This document shows, piece by piece, positions 62,877 through 64,000 of a DNA stretch of 64,000 nt (position 1 is its first letter; every line of letters begins with the position of its first letter). A program made the position numbers and the translations under genes. Source of the DNA: Alphaproteobacteria bacterium (GTDB lineage Bacteria > Pseudomonadota > Alphaproteobacteria > Bin95); NCBI GenBank assembly GCA_965205265.1, contig CBDBGH010000003.1, forward strand, positions 1,216,001 through 1,280,000, written 5' to 3'. Under the pieces are notes generated by a model. It searched no databases. It saw nothing but the letters and a program-made list of their open reading frames with translations, and was not told where the DNA came from.

Positions 62877-63511
62877 GAGGGGTCTCCCAGTGCGGCGAGC
62901 ATTTCCGCCGCGCGCCGGCGCACGCCGACAGGGGCCTCCGGGTCATCGGCCAGCGCCTTGAAACCCGCGACTGCCGCCGTCGTTTCGCCGAGCGCGGCGC
63001 GCGCCGCCGCTATCGTTTCGGCCGCGGAATGGCGCAGCGCGCCCGAGAGCCCTTCCACCGTCGCAATGGCCGCTTCCGGCCGGCCGGCATCCAGCTCGAT
63101 CATGCTCTGGAACAGCCGCGCCAGATCGCGATAGACCGGAGCTGCGTCCTCGTCGGCCGCCAGCGCCTCGTAGCGGGCGAGCGCGGAGGCGGTGTCGCCC
63201 TGCCGGGCGAGTTCCGCCGCTTCGCCGAACCGCGCCAGAAGGCCGGCCCCGCCGCCCTCCGCGGCGAGCGCGGCGAAGGCCGCTATGGCGTCTCCCGGCT
63301 TGTCTTCCCCGGCCAGCGAAGCCGCCTGTTCCAGCCGTTGGCTCGCCTCGGCGGCGGCCTCCGCCTGCATATGTTTCCAGAGCTGGAAGCCGCCGACCGC
63401 CAGCACGGCCAGCACGGCCGCCCCGACCACGAGGACGCCGTATTTCCGCCAAAGCTCCTTGGCGCGCTCGGTGCGGACTTCCTCGTCCACCTCGCGAAAG
63501 ATATCGGCCAC
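62873..63511 (-). CDS. Membrane-anchored TPR protein (YfgM-like)
   Basis: ADIFREVDEEVR...LWRKYG then a TM helix; conserved synteny. Confidence 0.85.
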   Translation of the reverse strand: MADIFREVDEEVRTERAKELWRKYGVLVVGAAVLAVLAVGGFQLWKHMQAEAAAEASQRLEQAASLAGEDKPGDAIAAFAALAAEGGGAGLLARFGEAAELARQGDTASALARYEALAADEDAAPVYRDLARLFQSMIELDAGRPEAAIATVEGLSGALRHSAAETIAAARAALGETTAAVAGFKALADDPEAPVGVRRRAAEMLAALGDPS

Positions 63512-63668
63512 TTCACCTCTCCCGGACGGCCGCCGCCTTATAGCTTTCACCGGCCCCTGTGCGCAAATGCCGGCCGCTGTCGCGGGTTCGGCATATTTCG
63601 TCTGGACGACGCCCGGAGATTCGGGGCAGCATAGCCGTTGCCGTCCAGCGAGGAGGACAGAGGAGGCC

Positions 63669-64000
63669 ATGGGAGAGGTCGTCGCGCTCGAAAACCAATA
63701 CCGCCCGGCGAAGCCGGTCTTTTTCGACAAGAGAGAGCTTCGCCACCTGATGAACGTTTATAGTCGGCGCGTGTCGGCAGGGGAGTGGCGGGATTACGCG
63801 ATAGACTTCCAGCGAGGCGAGGCCGTGTTCTCGATTTTCCGGCACAGTTCCGAAGCGCCCCTCTACAGGGTGGCCAAGACCGGACACAGGGGCCGGTCCG
63901 CGGCGGAATACTCCGTGAGCGAAGGCCCCCGGCTGCTGAAGCGCGGGCAGAACATCCGCGACGTGCTTTCCGTGATCGAGCGACGGCTCGAATTGGTCAC
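63669..64000 (+). CDS. DUF2794-family protein (runs off the window)
   Basis: FDKRELRHLMNVYSRRVSAGEWRDYAID...AVFSIFR..PLYR; RBS AGGAGG. Confidence 0.8.
   Translation, partial: MGEVVALENQYRPAKPVFFDKRELRHLMNVYSRRVSAGEWRDYAIDFQRGEAVFSIFRHSSEAPLYRVAKTGHRGRSAAEYSVSEGPRLLKRGQNIRDVLSVIERRLELV

Overview
High-GC alphaproteobacterial chromosome segment (Rhodospirillales-like, inferred from gene content and order). It mixes housekeeping genes (serS-pcm-nlpD, ompR/envZ-like pair, ilvE, pcaF, pccB, ATP12, der-bamB-TPR) with many catabolic oxidoreductases, REP-like palindromes and several mobile elements whose ends and target-site duplications (TSDs) can be read directly. An IS21 interrupts an FAD oxidoreductase, an ISKra4-type element carries a -1 slippery site, and a 312-bp MITE has a CTAA TSD. 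The strongest finding is at 51771-53107: a catalytically intact RNA-guided nuclease gene tnpB with no transposase, bounded by 23-bp terminal inverted repeats (TIRs) and an 8-bp TSD. That is a DDE-type signature rather than the usual IS200/IS605 one. The element landed in the first codons of an HNH restriction-type nuclease gene, and its predicted guide position is occupied by its own TIR. The second is a dispersed ~0.7-0.8 kb promoter-bearing element (7560-8340 and 54400-55100) with three copies of a 15-codon micro-ORF. All calls come from reading the sequence; no searches were run.
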